A stretch of DNA of 64,000 bases, taken from positions 1 to 64,000 of the IMG/VR virus record IMGVR_UViG_3300005532_000006; one strand, written 5' to 3'. The position numbers and the translations under genes are program-made. This document shows, one piece after another, positions 26,721-36,277 of the stretch. Source of the DNA: a virus. The notes beneath the pieces were generated by a model. It made no database searches. It saw only the letters and a program-made list of their open reading frames with translations, and was not told the DNA's origin. Within the stretch, counting starts at the first letter, position 1. Each line of letters begins with the position of its first letter.

Positions 26721-26995
26721 TATTCCGGGATGACCCTGAATCCAAGTCGCTCAGCCGCCGCGTTCAGAGCCGCTTCGTCCGCCGGCCAGAAGATCGCGGG
26801 CACGTCCTCAAAATCGAGCCTACCCGCTAGGCTATAGTATATCTCTGCCGTGATTACATCGTCGGCCGTTGGGCAAGAAATGCGATACCCGGTAATAAGG
26901 CCGGGAATCAAATCACCGTTCTCATCCCTGATCTCAGTATCTCGCCCGATCAGAATGCTATCTTGCGCCTTCGCCTTGATGCTCAACCTCATCAT
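26720..26995 (-). CDS. Small hypothetical protein (lower GC)
   Basis: 91-aa ORF abutting the next gene. Confidence 0.5.
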   Translation of the reverse strand: MMRLSIKAKAQDSILIGRDTEIRDENGDLIPGLITGYRISCPTADDVITAEIYYSLAGRLDFEDVPAIFWPADEAALNAAAERLGFRVIPE

Positions 26996-27007
26996 GGTAG
27001 CTCCGAT

Positions 27008-27607
27008 TTACTGTGCAAACAGTACGGTGGAATTGGACCCGTCAGCGAGCTTGACCGGCTGCGTCGAGCCGCCGTTCTTGAAGGTCGCGTTGGGCGTGTT
27101 CGTCGTCCACGTATTCTGAGCCGTGTGCGTGTAATCGGGCGCCGACGTGACGATCTTGACCTTCCCTTGCAGGGTCAGCGAGCCGTCCTTCGTCATCGAA
27201 TACATCGACCCCTGCTTATCGATCAGCATCAGTTCTCCAGCCTGTAGCTGCTTCACGGCGTCGGGGATTTTCTTGCGCGCATCCCAGGCGCGGGTGACGC
27301 CGAAGCCCTCGTTGGCCCCGAACTGCGGGAAGGCGTGGAAAATCTGGTCGCCCTGATCCGGCCCCACGGCGGGCGGGGCAAAGAAGCCGTAACCGTCGCC
27401 CACCCACGGCGCGTGCATCGGCGACCACCCGGTGACGACGCCCTCCGGCTGGATCGCGTACTTGGCCGACCAGGTCTTCGGGTCGAACGCGTTGACGAGC
27501 GAGTGCCGGGCTGTCGGCTGCAAGCGGATCACCCGCTCGACCTCGTCGCGCACGAGGTCCTGGACGCGGCGCACGATCGCCTCGAAGAAATGATCGAAGG
27601 CCGACAT
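27008..27607 (-). CDS. Baseplate spike (gpV-like)
   Basis: IQPEGVVTGW...WVGDGYGFFAPP..G.Q OB-fold pattern; synteny. Confidence 0.85.
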   Translation of the reverse strand: MSAFDHFFEAIVRRVQDLVRDEVERVIRLQPTARHSLVNAFDPKTWSAKYAIQPEGVVTGWSPMHAPWVGDGYGFFAPPAVGPDQGDQIFHAFPQFGANEGFGVTRAWDARKKIPDAVKQLQAGELMLIDKQGSMYSMTKDGSLTLQGKVKIVTSAPDYTHTAQNTWTTNTPNATFKNGGSTQPVKLADGSNSTVLFAQ

Positions 27608-28795
27608 CTAGCTGCTCTCCGCCGACCCGACCGAGCCTTGGCTGTCCTTGTCGCGTGCCGTGACGTGCATCGTGTAGCCCGACCGCACGTCGAACGAATG
27701 GGTGATCTCGTTGACGTGGTAGGGCTGGTCGAACGCCGTCCCGGTGCCGGACAGGGTGACGGTGAACTTTGGCGTCAGGCTCGGGTCGCCCGGCAGGTGG
27801 AAGGAAATTTCCTTCTCGAATTTCGACAGCTGGTCGGCCTTGTTGCGCGCGTGCTTCCCCGACTGCGACTTGGTCATGCCGGGGATGTTGTGGTGGTAGG
27901 CCAGCGGCTTGTTCGAGTGCCGGCCGCGGTATTTGCTCAGCGAGGTGTGCGACTTGCCGGTCTTGGCGTGGAAGCTCTGAACCTTGCTGTCGATCCCTTT
28001 CGAGACCTGCAGGTCGCGCGTCAGGGTCAGCGACTCAACATTGGCCGAGGCCGGGCTGAACGAACCCGAAGTGCCTTGGCTGATCCGCGGCGGCGAGTAG
28101 TAGACCTTGAAGTCGCTGCCGGCGTCTGCGGCATCGGGTGGGGCCAGGGTGATGTTTTTGCCCTGCACCGTGATGTCGAGCGCCTCGTGGTCGGCGATCC
28201 CGGTCAGCACATCCCATTCCGAGCGGTTCAGAAACAGCCGATGCTGGTCCTGGTTGTACGGGTCCCCCACGGCGTCGCCGCCATCGTCGCCCGCCCCCTG
28301 GATCGAGATGTTCAGCTCGGGATGGTTCTGCTGGATTTTGCCGATGATCTGCTGGTTCGAGACGGGGTTGCCCTCGAAACCCTCGTCCATCCGCGAGTCG
28401 ATCAGCTGCCCGGCATAGTCGCGGCCGGTGATGACGAGCTTTGCCTCGTGGCCGGCGTGGCCGCCTTCGTGCTCGCCCCCGCCCTCGCCGGCGAGCGGCG
28501 TCAGGGTTTGCTTCTCGACCGGCCCGGTGATCAGCGAGGTCCACTGGCCGCCGCCGTCATTGCTGGCGTTCTGGGCCAACGAAATGGAGATTTCGATCTC
28601 TATCTCGGCCTGTTCCGACCACCATTTCCAGTCGAATGGCGCCTTGGCGTCGAACAGCGGCAACTCGACGGTGAAATGGTCGCTCTTGTGGTTCGAGGTC
28701 TTGGTAACGTGGAACGACTCGAAGCGCAGCGGCGTGCCGTTCGCGGTGACCCGCCCCAGCGGTCGGCGGACCTGCGACTGGACGTTAGACGACAG
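27608..28795 (-). CDS. Baseplate hub / late control D-like protein (probable CTG start)
   Basis: ITGRDYAGQLID, LPGDPSL...YHVNEITHSF; frame open from CTG at 28795 preceded by GGAGG. Confidence 0.8.
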   Translation of the reverse strand: MSSNVQSQVRRPLGRVTANGTPLRFESFHVTKTSNHKSDHFTVELPLFDAKAPFDWKWWSEQAEIEIEISISLAQNASNDGGGQWTSLITGPVEKQTLTPLAGEGGGEHEGGHAGHEAKLVITGRDYAGQLIDSRMDEGFEGNPVSNQQIIGKIQQNHPELNISIQGAGDDGGDAVGDPYNQDQHRLFLNRSEWDVLTGIADHEALDITVQGKNITLAPPDAADAGSDFKVYYSPPRISQGTSGSFSPASANVESLTLTRDLQVSKGIDSKVQSFHAKTGKSHTSLSKYRGRHSNKPLAYHHNIPGMTKSQSGKHARNKADQLSKFEKEISFHLPGDPSLTPKFTVTLSGTGTAFDQPYHVNEITHSFDVRSGYTMHVTARDKDSQGSVGSAESS

Positions 28796-29015
28796 GCTGG
28801 CCTCCCGTGTCGAGCTTCGACGGGATCAGCAAAGTCACGGACCCCTGAATCCACGGGTCGGTCAGGCCGTTCAGCACCGCGATCCGATCCCATTGCGTCG
28901 CGTCGCCGAGTTCGTCGAGCGCGATGCGGAACAGGTTGCCGCCGATGACGCGGAGCGTCTTCTGCGGCGCCGGCGCGAGCACGCCGCCGTTGACGAGGGC
29001 GACCCCGGCCATCAC
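28785..29015 (-). CDS. Tail protein X / LysM-like
   Basis: NLFRIALDELGDATQWDRIAVLNGLTDP. Confidence 0.8.
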   Translation of the reverse strand: MMAGVALVNGGVLAPAPQKTLRVIGGNLFRIALDELGDATQWDRIAVLNGLTDPWIQGSVTLLIPSKLDTGGQPVV

Positions 29016-29347
29016 ACGGCCCCGGCCTCAAGGTTGATCGCCATGCGGTTGAGGTAGGACTGCATGTCGATGAGGTCGGGCGCCTGATCGGCGGTGGACT
29101 GATAGGCAAGGAAGGCGGCGGCGTTGACCGCACCGTCCACGCCGGAGACGACCCCCGCGACGGTATCACCGATCATCTGCGTCTCGGCCTGCGCCAGCGC
29201 GCTCTCGACATCGCCGATGCAGCTGTCGAGCGCGGCGATGACAGGCGCCATGCCGGCCTGGCTCTCGCCGACGAACGGGCCGTTGGCCTGAACCGTCTGG
29301 CGCAGCGTCGTCAGATCGGTGGCGAGCTGCGTCAGATCGATCGTCAT
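29012..29347 (-). CDS. Hypothetical tail protein
   Basis: Stop overlaps the next ATG; synteny. Confidence 0.6.
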   Translation of the reverse strand: MTIDLTQLATDLTTLRQTVQANGPFVGESQAGMAPVIAALDSCIGDVESALAQAETQMIGDTVAGVVSGVDGAVNAAAFLAYQSTADQAPDLIDMQSYLNRMAINLEAGAV

Positions 29348-29467
29348 GGCTTGCTGCCGTTCCGCGATGCGCTCAGCGGTCCCGATGCTGCTCGTAGTGA
29401 TCGACCGCGACACTGACCAGCGCGATCAGCACCAGCTTCTGCATTTTGGCGGCTCCTTTTTTTGGGC

Positions 29468-30016
29468 CTATCCGTTCCACGTGATCGCCTGATTGGCCGG
29501 CTGCGCCGAGCCGAAGGAGGCGGAGAACGGCGACGGCATCGCGCTCGGCACGGTCATGTTGAGCTGTGTCGCCGAGTTCAGCGTGTTGGTCATGTCGCCG
29601 GCGACCAGGGTATCGAGGTCGCCCGTGCCGTTCTGATCGGCAGGCGACTGCGGATCGTCGATGACCTTGATGACCATCTCGAACGGCACCCGCGAGACGA
29701 ATTCGAACTCCGGTTTGAAGTGCGCGATGACGACCGTATAGGAAAGCACATCCCACGACAGCGTGACCGGGGTGCCGGTCTGCCGCATCTGGTCGATTTC
29801 CAACGCCGCCGCGACGGCGTCGCCGACATCGTCGGAATAGAGCGTGCCCTTCCAGTGGATGTCGTCGTCGCTCGGCCCCATCACGTCGACGATACGCACG
29901 CCGCCCGGCAATTGGTGGACGCCGAGCCGCTGCGCGCCGCCGAAGTTGATGTTCTTGTCGGGGACTGAGCCGCCGCGGGCCGTGAACTGCCCGATCTGGA
30001 CGGGAAAAAGCTCCAT
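29468..30016 (-). CDS. Tail tube initiator (gpU-like)
   Basis: INFGGAQRLGVHQLPGGVRIVDVMG...G.PVTLSW. Confidence 0.8.
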   Translation of the reverse strand: MELFPVQIGQFTARGGSVPDKNINFGGAQRLGVHQLPGGVRIVDVMGPSDDDIHWKGTLYSDDVGDAVAAALEIDQMRQTGTPVTLSWDVLSYTVVIAHFKPEFEFVSRVPFEMVIKVIDDPQSPADQNGTGDLDTLVAGDMTNTLNSATQLNMTVPSAMPSPFSASFGSAQPANQAITWNG

Positions 30017-30333
30017 GGCGGAGAATTACCGCCGCGCGCGATCGACGATCGTCGTGCCCAAGCAAAGCATCGGCTGGACCTCGATCGACAGCGTCTTTGC
30101 GGCGTACTCGCAGTCCTGCTGCTGCGCGTAGTAGCGGATCAGATCGGCCTCGACGTGACCCGAACTCAGCCACACCGCGACGAGCGCCCACGCCATCGTA
30201 TTCATGATCGGGGACCCTCTTGGGAAATCAGTTCGGCGACGGCCGCGCCGAACCGCCGGACGTGTCGGGCCGCGCGAAATCCAGCTTGTCAGGCACCATT
30301 GCGGCCACTACGCTTACTCCTATCGCGTAAAGT

Positions 30334-30606
30334 TTGGAGCAACAGCCCGTGACGCCGGAAGAGGGCACTCCCTTTACTAAAGAGCAGTTGACTATAATGG
30401 CAGGTGCGCTTGAGAAATTGCCAGATCACGTGATGCTTGTGGTCGAGTTTTTGATGAAGTCACTATTGGACAAAAATATTTTATCGGAGGCAGACATCGC
30501 GGGATGGATCGAAAAGCTTGGCACATCGACTTATCCACCCGCAGTCACCGCCGTGGAAAAGCTCAAAGCTTTTTTAGTTCGGACTGGGTTTGACCGAACC
30601 GCCTGA
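30334..30606 (+). CDS. Small AT-richer hypothetical protein (moron-like)
   Basis: Opposite strand, low GC, globular composition. Confidence 0.55.
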   Translation: MEQQPVTPEEGTPFTKEQLTIMAGALEKLPDHVMLVVEFLMKSLLDKNILSEADIAGWIEKLGTSTYPPAVTAVEKLKAFLVRTGFDRTA

Positions 30607-33198
30607 GTAGTCAGGCCGGGCACCGCCAGCAGCCTTGCCGCCGCCGGACAAGGCTTGTGCGACACCCTTGGCGGCCAAGGCCGCGATCTGCGAGCCAAGT
30701 TGGCCCATGTTGATGTTGACGTTGCCGGTCAGGGTCGCGGTGCCTTGCAGCTGCACGGCCCGGCTCGCGGTCGCCTGGATGGCTGCGGCCGCGGCCTGAA
30801 GGGCCGCCACCGCTCCCGCTAGAGCGCCCGCCACGGCACCGGCGCCTGCGGGGTTGTGTCCCTCGCCCCCGGCCATGCCGCCGTGGACCCCGCCGACGGT
30901 GCCGAGCGCGTACGAAGCGCCTTCGGCTTCGTGAGCAGCCGTCCGAGCCACGGGCATCGTGTGTAAATCGAGGCCCAGCGCCTTGCGCTCCGCAGGTGTG
31001 GGGACAAACCCGGGGATTTCTCCAGCCATCGTGCCAGCGCGCCGGATGAACGGCGGCATGGTCCGGTTGTGAGCATCCAAATTTAGCGGTGCTTTGTATC
31101 CAGGAAGCGCTTCGGCCAGTTCCGGAGTTAGCTCAGGATCAAGGCCAACAAGCGCCCGAACGTAGTCTGAAATCGTCTGCCACATCTCGGCCTGGCCGAT
31201 CTTCTGCGAAGACCAGCCCTTTTTCCGCAATTGTGGCTCTATCTTGTTAAACTTCTCCCAGTCGATGCTATTCAAGTAGTCGTATGCAAGGAATCCAGCG
31301 CCCGCTGTGCCAAGTGCGGCACCGAACGCTCCAAAACGCCGTAGGACGCGACTTGCTTTCGAGACTGCTGCCCCAGCACCGGCGCCGGCTGCGGCCTTGG
31401 CGGGGCCGCCGGTTATAGTGCTCCCCGTTAACCGGCCCGCGGCCGCCGAGAGCTGGCCCGCCGCCAAGGAGAGCCTTCCGGCGGCACCAGTAAGAGCAGG
31501 GCCTGCCGTCAGTAGGCGATAAGCTGCCCATCCGCCGGCCAAGCCTATGCCCCCGATCCCGCCGATCTCTGTGGCGCGGGCAATGCTCGGATGTGCAGCG
31601 CGCTTCTCTGCAATCCAGCTCAGCGCATCCGTCGCCAGATTGACAACACCCAGATTGTCGGTGACTAAGCCAATCGTTGAGGCGAGCGAGTCGAGTTGTT
31701 GCCGGAATGCCTGAAGCGCCTGTTTCGGATCGGAGCGGTCATAGTCGGTGCCGACCTGGTTAACCATTTCTGATGTCCGAACCATGTTCGGATATTGCGC
31801 CAGGAGTTCTTCGACGAACTGTACGGCCTTGCGATCGCTGAAAGCCATGTTCAACGCGCGCATCGCCTTCGCGCGCTCGTTGATGTCTCCGGCTTTGGCC
31901 TTCCCCCAATCTATGCCGAGGTTAGAAAGGGCCGGCAGGAGATCTTTGACGACCCATTTCAGCGGCTCGTTCATCTTGAGCAGTTCGTCTTTCCAAGCAC
32001 CAGCCTCAATTTTCACGTGGCCGTGCTCTGAGCGCCATTTGTGCGGGTCAAGCAGGCCAAGCTTCGTTGCAAACTCCATGGATGCGACTGTCCCGCGGCC
32101 GAATGTCGAGCGCTGGAAAGTCTGTGCCATAGTGCCGACTTTTGAGCCGCTGCCCATCGCCATAAACAGTTCGGGCAGATAGTGGGTGATAAAATCCGGG
32201 TCCATCATGTAAGCGGCGGACCCGGCTGTTGACGCGAACTGTGTGAACGCATTCGCGCCCATCTTGCCGCCGGACGCGATTACGGCACGCATTGCGCCCG
32301 TGATGAAGCTGTTGAGGCGTTCCGGGCTCGTATTAAAACCGAGCTGCTCGCCGGCGCGTATTGCGCTGTAGAACTGGCTGGCTCGCTCTCCGGTCGTGCC
32401 GGCGTTCTCTCCCATGCTGTTTGCCAGAACAGCGTTCCACTTGGCCGCTTCCGGAAGCCAGTGCATCAGCTCCGGCATCGGATCGCCGCCGTGAGACATG
32501 CTCATCATGATCGGATAGAGCTCGCGCTCCAGCGCCATGACCGAGGCTGCCGACATGTTCGGGACCTGCCGGGCCACCCGATAGGCGGCTTGGTTCATCA
32601 GGCCCAAGTTGGCTGCGGCGCCCGGACTCGTGCCGAGCATCTGCCGCGCAAGAAATCGTTGATGGCCGTATTCAACACTCGGTTCGAGGACGGTGCCGGC
32701 CATGCTGGCCATCATCTCGATGTCATTCACGGCGTAGAAGCCGCGGCGGGCAAGTTCCCACATGCTGGCATGTCCACCGCGCGGAGCATGCCCCCCTGAA
32801 CCGATAGCGGGCGGCCTGCCGCTCGGCGGAACGCTGCCCCCAGTGCCACGCGGCGGCGCGCGGAGCGTCGAAAGCAATTTCGACAAAGCCGACGCTTCAC
32901 TCCTGGCCGCCTTCAAATCGCCAGCCAATGTCTGGACACCGCTGGCTGCGCCGGAATTCAGCCGGACTGTCCGAAGCGTCTCCCCAAGCTCCCTTGACGA
33001 TTTTGCTGCTATCGCGGCAGTGCGCGACAACAGTTCCATATCCTTGGCCGCTCGGCCGACGCCGAGGGTACTAAAGGACTTACCGAACTCCTTCTCAAGC
33101 CGGCCGATCTTCTCAAACATTGCTCCGATTTCGCGGAGCCGCCGCGTGGCGCGGTCATTCAAAACAAGATCGGCTTCAACCAAAAAGCGAGCACCCAT
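30574..33198 (-). CDS. Tail tape measure protein
   Basis: 874 aa, Ala/Gly-rich helical, upstream of gpU/baseplate genes. Confidence 0.85.
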   Translation of the reverse strand: MGARFLVEADLVLNDRATRRLREIGAMFEKIGRLEKEFGKSFSTLGVGRAAKDMELLSRTAAIAAKSSRELGETLRTVRLNSGAASGVQTLAGDLKAARSEASALSKLLSTLRAPPRGTGGSVPPSGRPPAIGSGGHAPRGGHASMWELARRGFYAVNDIEMMASMAGTVLEPSVEYGHQRFLARQMLGTSPGAAANLGLMNQAAYRVARQVPNMSAASVMALERELYPIMMSMSHGGDPMPELMHWLPEAAKWNAVLANSMGENAGTTGERASQFYSAIRAGEQLGFNTSPERLNSFITGAMRAVIASGGKMGANAFTQFASTAGSAAYMMDPDFITHYLPELFMAMGSGSKVGTMAQTFQRSTFGRGTVASMEFATKLGLLDPHKWRSEHGHVKIEAGAWKDELLKMNEPLKWVVKDLLPALSNLGIDWGKAKAGDINERAKAMRALNMAFSDRKAVQFVEELLAQYPNMVRTSEMVNQVGTDYDRSDPKQALQAFRQQLDSLASTIGLVTDNLGVVNLATDALSWIAEKRAAHPSIARATEIGGIGGIGLAGGWAAYRLLTAGPALTGAAGRLSLAAGQLSAAAGRLTGSTITGGPAKAAAGAGAGAAVSKASRVLRRFGAFGAALGTAGAGFLAYDYLNSIDWEKFNKIEPQLRKKGWSSQKIGQAEMWQTISDYVRALVGLDPELTPELAEALPGYKAPLNLDAHNRTMPPFIRRAGTMAGEIPGFVPTPAERKALGLDLHTMPVARTAAHEAEGASYALGTVGGVHGGMAGGEGHNPAGAGAVAGALAGAVAALQAAAAAIQATASRAVQLQGTATLTGNVNINMGQLGSQIAALAAKGVAQALSGGGKAAGGARPDYSGGSVKPSPN

Positions 33199-33645
33199 TT
33201 ACTTGGCCCCCGTAAAGACGTGCTCGAATTTTCTTGCCATTTCTTGCTCGACCGGCTTTTGACTGAGCTTCATCGCCGGCTCCATTACCGGCCGCGGCGG
33301 TATTCCGCGCGACGTGCCTAGTTCCTGAAACAGGTCAATCAGATCATTGCTGCCAACTGAAAATTCGCGCTCGCCAGCGACCACAGACTCGACGCTGTCG
33401 CGGATCGCGCCGCTGCGCAGCAAAGGACTGGGCGAAGGCCAGCCGTGCCGCGCCTTGTCTTCCAAGGTCGAAGCCGCCAGCCCAGGCCAACCCGCGCCAG
33501 CGCCATTGCCGTACAAGCTTTGCGCCCGCTTTTTGACGATCTCGGCGCCCTCTTTGAGCATCCGCCGCTTGGCCTCCGGCATATGGCCGGCGCAGCGCTG
33601 GAGAAACTCGCCGAACTCGGCGAGGCTCTTGAAGGTGCGGGTCAT
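33199..33645 (-). CDS. HK97 gp10-like / virion morphogenesis protein
   Basis: W..LAAST...PLLRSGAIRDS...FQELGTSRGIPPRPVM. Confidence 0.85.
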   Translation of the reverse strand: MTRTFKSLAEFGEFLQRCAGHMPEAKRRMLKEGAEIVKKRAQSLYGNGAGAGWPGLAASTLEDKARHGWPSPSPLLRSGAIRDSVESVVAGEREFSVGSNDLIDLFQELGTSRGIPPRPVMEPAMKLSQKPVEQEMARKFEHVFTGAK

Positions 33646-33685
33646 CGGTGTCTACTTTTTGGTTTGCGGCGTAGATGGGGAGGGA

Positions 33686-34063
33686 GTGGTGCGCTACCTC
33701 GTTCTCATCGTGATCATTCTGATCTTCATTTTCCCGACCTCGCGCGAAGCCACGCTCGCGGTAATCGCGGGGCTGATGCACCAAGCAAGGGATCTTGGAC
33801 AGTCGGGGTTGCCCGAGTGTGACAGTCCTCGGGCGCGCGAAGAAGTTGACGACACGATCTCCCGCGCTCCCCTAGGGAAGATCTACGGGATATCGGTTAT
33901 TGAATACGACGCAGTTGAGACAGTTTCCCAATCAGCCTCTTTGGTGGAATGCAAGGCGACAGTTGTGCTCAACAACGACACGTCGCATCCCGCGACTTAC
34001 AGCTTCACGCTCAAGGGCGATCAGCAGTTTGTGCGCTTCCGGATCATAGGATTGGGCGACTAA
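33686..34063 (+). CDS. Hypothetical membrane-anchored protein
   Basis: N-terminal TM YLVLIVIILIFIF; SD GGGAGGGA. Confidence 0.6.
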   Translation: MVRYLVLIVIILIFIFPTSREATLAVIAGLMHQARDLGQSGLPECDSPRAREEVDDTISRAPLGKIYGISVIEYDAVETVSQSASLVECKATVVLNNDTSHPATYSFTLKGDQQFVRFRIIGLGD

Positions 34064-34286
34064 CCATGCAAACCATGAAGCAGCGGCGCGGCCACTTCAG
34101 GCGCCCAGTTATCCTGGCGCTTCTATCCATATTGCTCACGCTCAGCCCCATGGCAGACAGCGCCGCTCGCGGTCATCGCGGCGGCATCTACGGCTTCCGC
34201 TCCAGCCCGTGCAAAAGCTCATCGTGCTGGTCGAAGCACCCGAGCGGGTCGTGGACGCACCCGCTGACGCGGCGGAGGCGGTAGGA

Positions 34287-34631
34287 TCAGGCCATCGCCA
34301 GTTGGCGGTCGGTCTCCGGCTCCGCCTCCCGGTCCTCGAATTCGATTACCAGCCGCTTGCCGACTGCGAGGGCCGCACGGTCGAGCGTATCGATTGTTAT
34401 GCCGGCACCGTTGGGGTCGAGAAGCCTGTCTACGGCGGTGCGGCTGGTGTGCATGCGGCGGGCCATCTCGGCCTTCGTGATGCCCGATAGCCGGATCCAG
34501 TCTGCCACCATGTAGGCGATCACCTTGCGCCACGCCTGATCGACCACGACTGCATCAATCCCCTCTTCGACGAGGAAATCGTCGAAATCGCTGCCGATAT
34601 GAGGATTTGTCTTTCCAGTGTTTGCGGTCAT
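34287..34631 (-). CDS. XRE-family HTH antitoxin (HigA-like)
   Basis: NPHIGSDFDDFL...TKAEMARRMHTSRTAVDRLLDP. Confidence 0.88.
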   Translation of the reverse strand: MTANTGKTNPHIGSDFDDFLVEEGIDAVVVDQAWRKVIAYMVADWIRLSGITKAEMARRMHTSRTAVDRLLDPNGAGITIDTLDRAALAVGKRLVIEFEDREAEPETDRQLAMA

Positions 34632-34987
34632 TTTGCTTTTTCCATTCGGCGTTTGCGCGCACGCGCCAGGTTGATGTCCGATTGAGGGGTTTTCTGCTGC
34701 TTCTTGATGAAGCCATGCAACAGCAGCATGCGACCCTCGTAGACGCTGAAGATCACCCGCGCGATGCGCGTCGGCAACTCGGTCCGCACCTCCCATAGCC
34801 CATTGCCCAGAGGCCGGCACAGCGGCAACCCGACTGGCCACCCGTACTCTGCCGCCTTGATGTCTCTCCCGATCGCAATCCGCTCATTCTCAGGCAAACC
34901 CTTGAGCCAATCCCTTACCGGCTCCGCTCCCGCCGCGGTCCTGTAGAACGAGACCGGGAGCTTTTTCCCTGACCCAGGCTGTACCAA
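34628..34987 (-). CDS. RelE/ParE-family (gp49-like) toxin
   Basis: FYRTAAGAEPVRDWL...GLWEVR...LLHGFIKKQQKTP. Confidence 0.88.
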   Translation of the reverse strand: MVQPGSGKKLPVSFYRTAAGAEPVRDWLKGLPENERIAIGRDIKAAEYGWPVGLPLCRPLGNGLWEVRTELPTRIARVIFSVYEGRMLLLHGFIKKQQKTPQSDINLARARKRRMEKAK

Positions 34988-35061
34988 ATTTGGTGCGCCA
35001 GTGCCAGGGATTAAATCGCTCCGCCCAGATAAAGGTTCCGTTACCGGCGAGCTCTTCGTCC

Positions 35062-35265
35062 TCACTCGCTCGCTTTCCCTCGCGGCTTCGGCCGGTGCAC
35101 CGGTATCTCGTCCCGCGACAGCCCGCGCTCGATAAGTTGGCGGATCGCTTCCGCCTCTGTGGGTATGCGGTGCGCGAACCGGAAATCCTCTATCGCCTTC
35201 GCCTGCTCCGTCGTCAGTGCGACGAGCTTCTTGACGGGGTAAATCACTGCTGAGTAGCGCGCCAT
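35062..35265 (-). CDS. Small ribbon-helix-helix-like repressor
   Basis: AIEDFRFAHRIPTEAEAIRQLIERGL; divergent from the plus-strand operon. Confidence 0.7.
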   Translation of the reverse strand: MARYSAVIYPVKKLVALTTEQAKAIEDFRFAHRIPTEAEAIRQLIERGLSRDEIPVHRPKPRGKASE

Positions 35266-35283
35266 CGCCTGGCAAAAATAGTC

Positions 35284-35340
35284 GATATTGACGCTATTGA
35301 CAAGAGCGCCTATAGGCTATATGTTCAATGCGTTCAATAG
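35284..35340 (+). promoter_or_regulatory. Promoter with inverted operator repeats
   Basis: TTGACA(35297)-17 nt-TATGTT; TATTGAC twice on the left and GTTCAAT twice on the right. Confidence 0.65.
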
Positions 35341-35400
35341 CGGCCCGACCGAGAGCTGGAACCTCCCGACCGGGCCTAACCCCAGCCAAGGAGATGGCCC

Positions 35401-35733
35401 ATGGCTACGGCTACTGCCACACTTACCACATCCTCTCTGCACAATCTGCCCGTTGGCGACATCGTCGATGAACTCGGCGCACTGAAAGCCAGTATCGCGG
35501 ACCTCGAAGCCCGCGAGAAGCGGCTGCGCGACGAGCTGGTCGCCCGCGGCGTCGGTGAGGCCGAGGGTGCGCTGTTCCGCGCCACCGTCTCCGAGGCGAT
35601 CCGTTGGACGCTCGACAGTTCCTTGGTCAAGGAGCGGATGGGCCACGATTGGTGGAACCAACACTGCCGCACTGCCAGCGTGACGACGGTCAAGGTCTGC
35701 GCCCGCACCGGCTCCTTCAAGGCGGCGGCGTGA
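35401..35733 (+). CDS. Hypothetical phage protein
   Basis: SD AAGGAGA; IVDELGALKASIADLEAREKRLRDEL coiled coil. Confidence 0.7.
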   Translation: MATATATLTTSSLHNLPVGDIVDELGALKASIADLEAREKRLRDELVARGVGEAEGALFRATVSEAIRWTLDSSLVKERMGHDWWNQHCRTASVTTVKVCARTGSFKAAA

Positions 35734-35734
35734 G

Positions 35735-36277
35735 ATGGCCGCGACCAATCCCGCTGCCGGCGTTCGCCGGCGCAAGCCGCGCGCACGCCTCTACCGGCGG
35801 ATCGATCTGCGCCGCCGGCGGCGGCGCGTTCATCCCCCGACGATCACCGCGGAAGCCGCACTGCATCTGCTGATGGAAGAGGCGGATATCTTCGCAGTCG
35901 GCCGCAGCCGCTATCTCGTTGCGTGGATCGATGCCGACGTACTGGAAACCCTGATCGTCGCCGCGGGCGCCACCGAAGACCGCGAAGAGAACGGCGACGA
36001 CGAGCCGGATAGCGATCGCGAGCCGGATGTGGACGACGAGCCATCGGTCGGAGCCGATGATCTCGAAAGCGATGGTCTCGACGACGAGGGCGGCGAACGG
36101 ACCGACGAAGACGTGCTGCCTTCTCCAAGACCGCGGCCGCCCATCCTCGACGGCGGTCTCGTCGAAGTCAGCTACGACCCCGTGAACGGCCAGAAGGTTT
36201 TCACTGTCGTCCGCGCGTTGCGGGTCGATCTCGCCAGCCCCGAGCCGCCGCTCGTCGCACCGACAGGAGCACGCTAA
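35735..36277 (+). CDS. Hypothetical acidic protein
   Basis: Translationally coupled within the operon. Confidence 0.55.
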   Translation: MAATNPAAGVRRRKPRARLYRRIDLRRRRRRVHPPTITAEAALHLLMEEADIFAVGRSRYLVAWIDADVLETLIVAAGATEDREENGDDEPDSDREPDVDDEPSVGADDLESDGLDDEGGERTDEDVLPSPRPRPPILDGGLVEVSYDPVNGQKVFTVVRALRVDLASPEPPLVAPTGAR

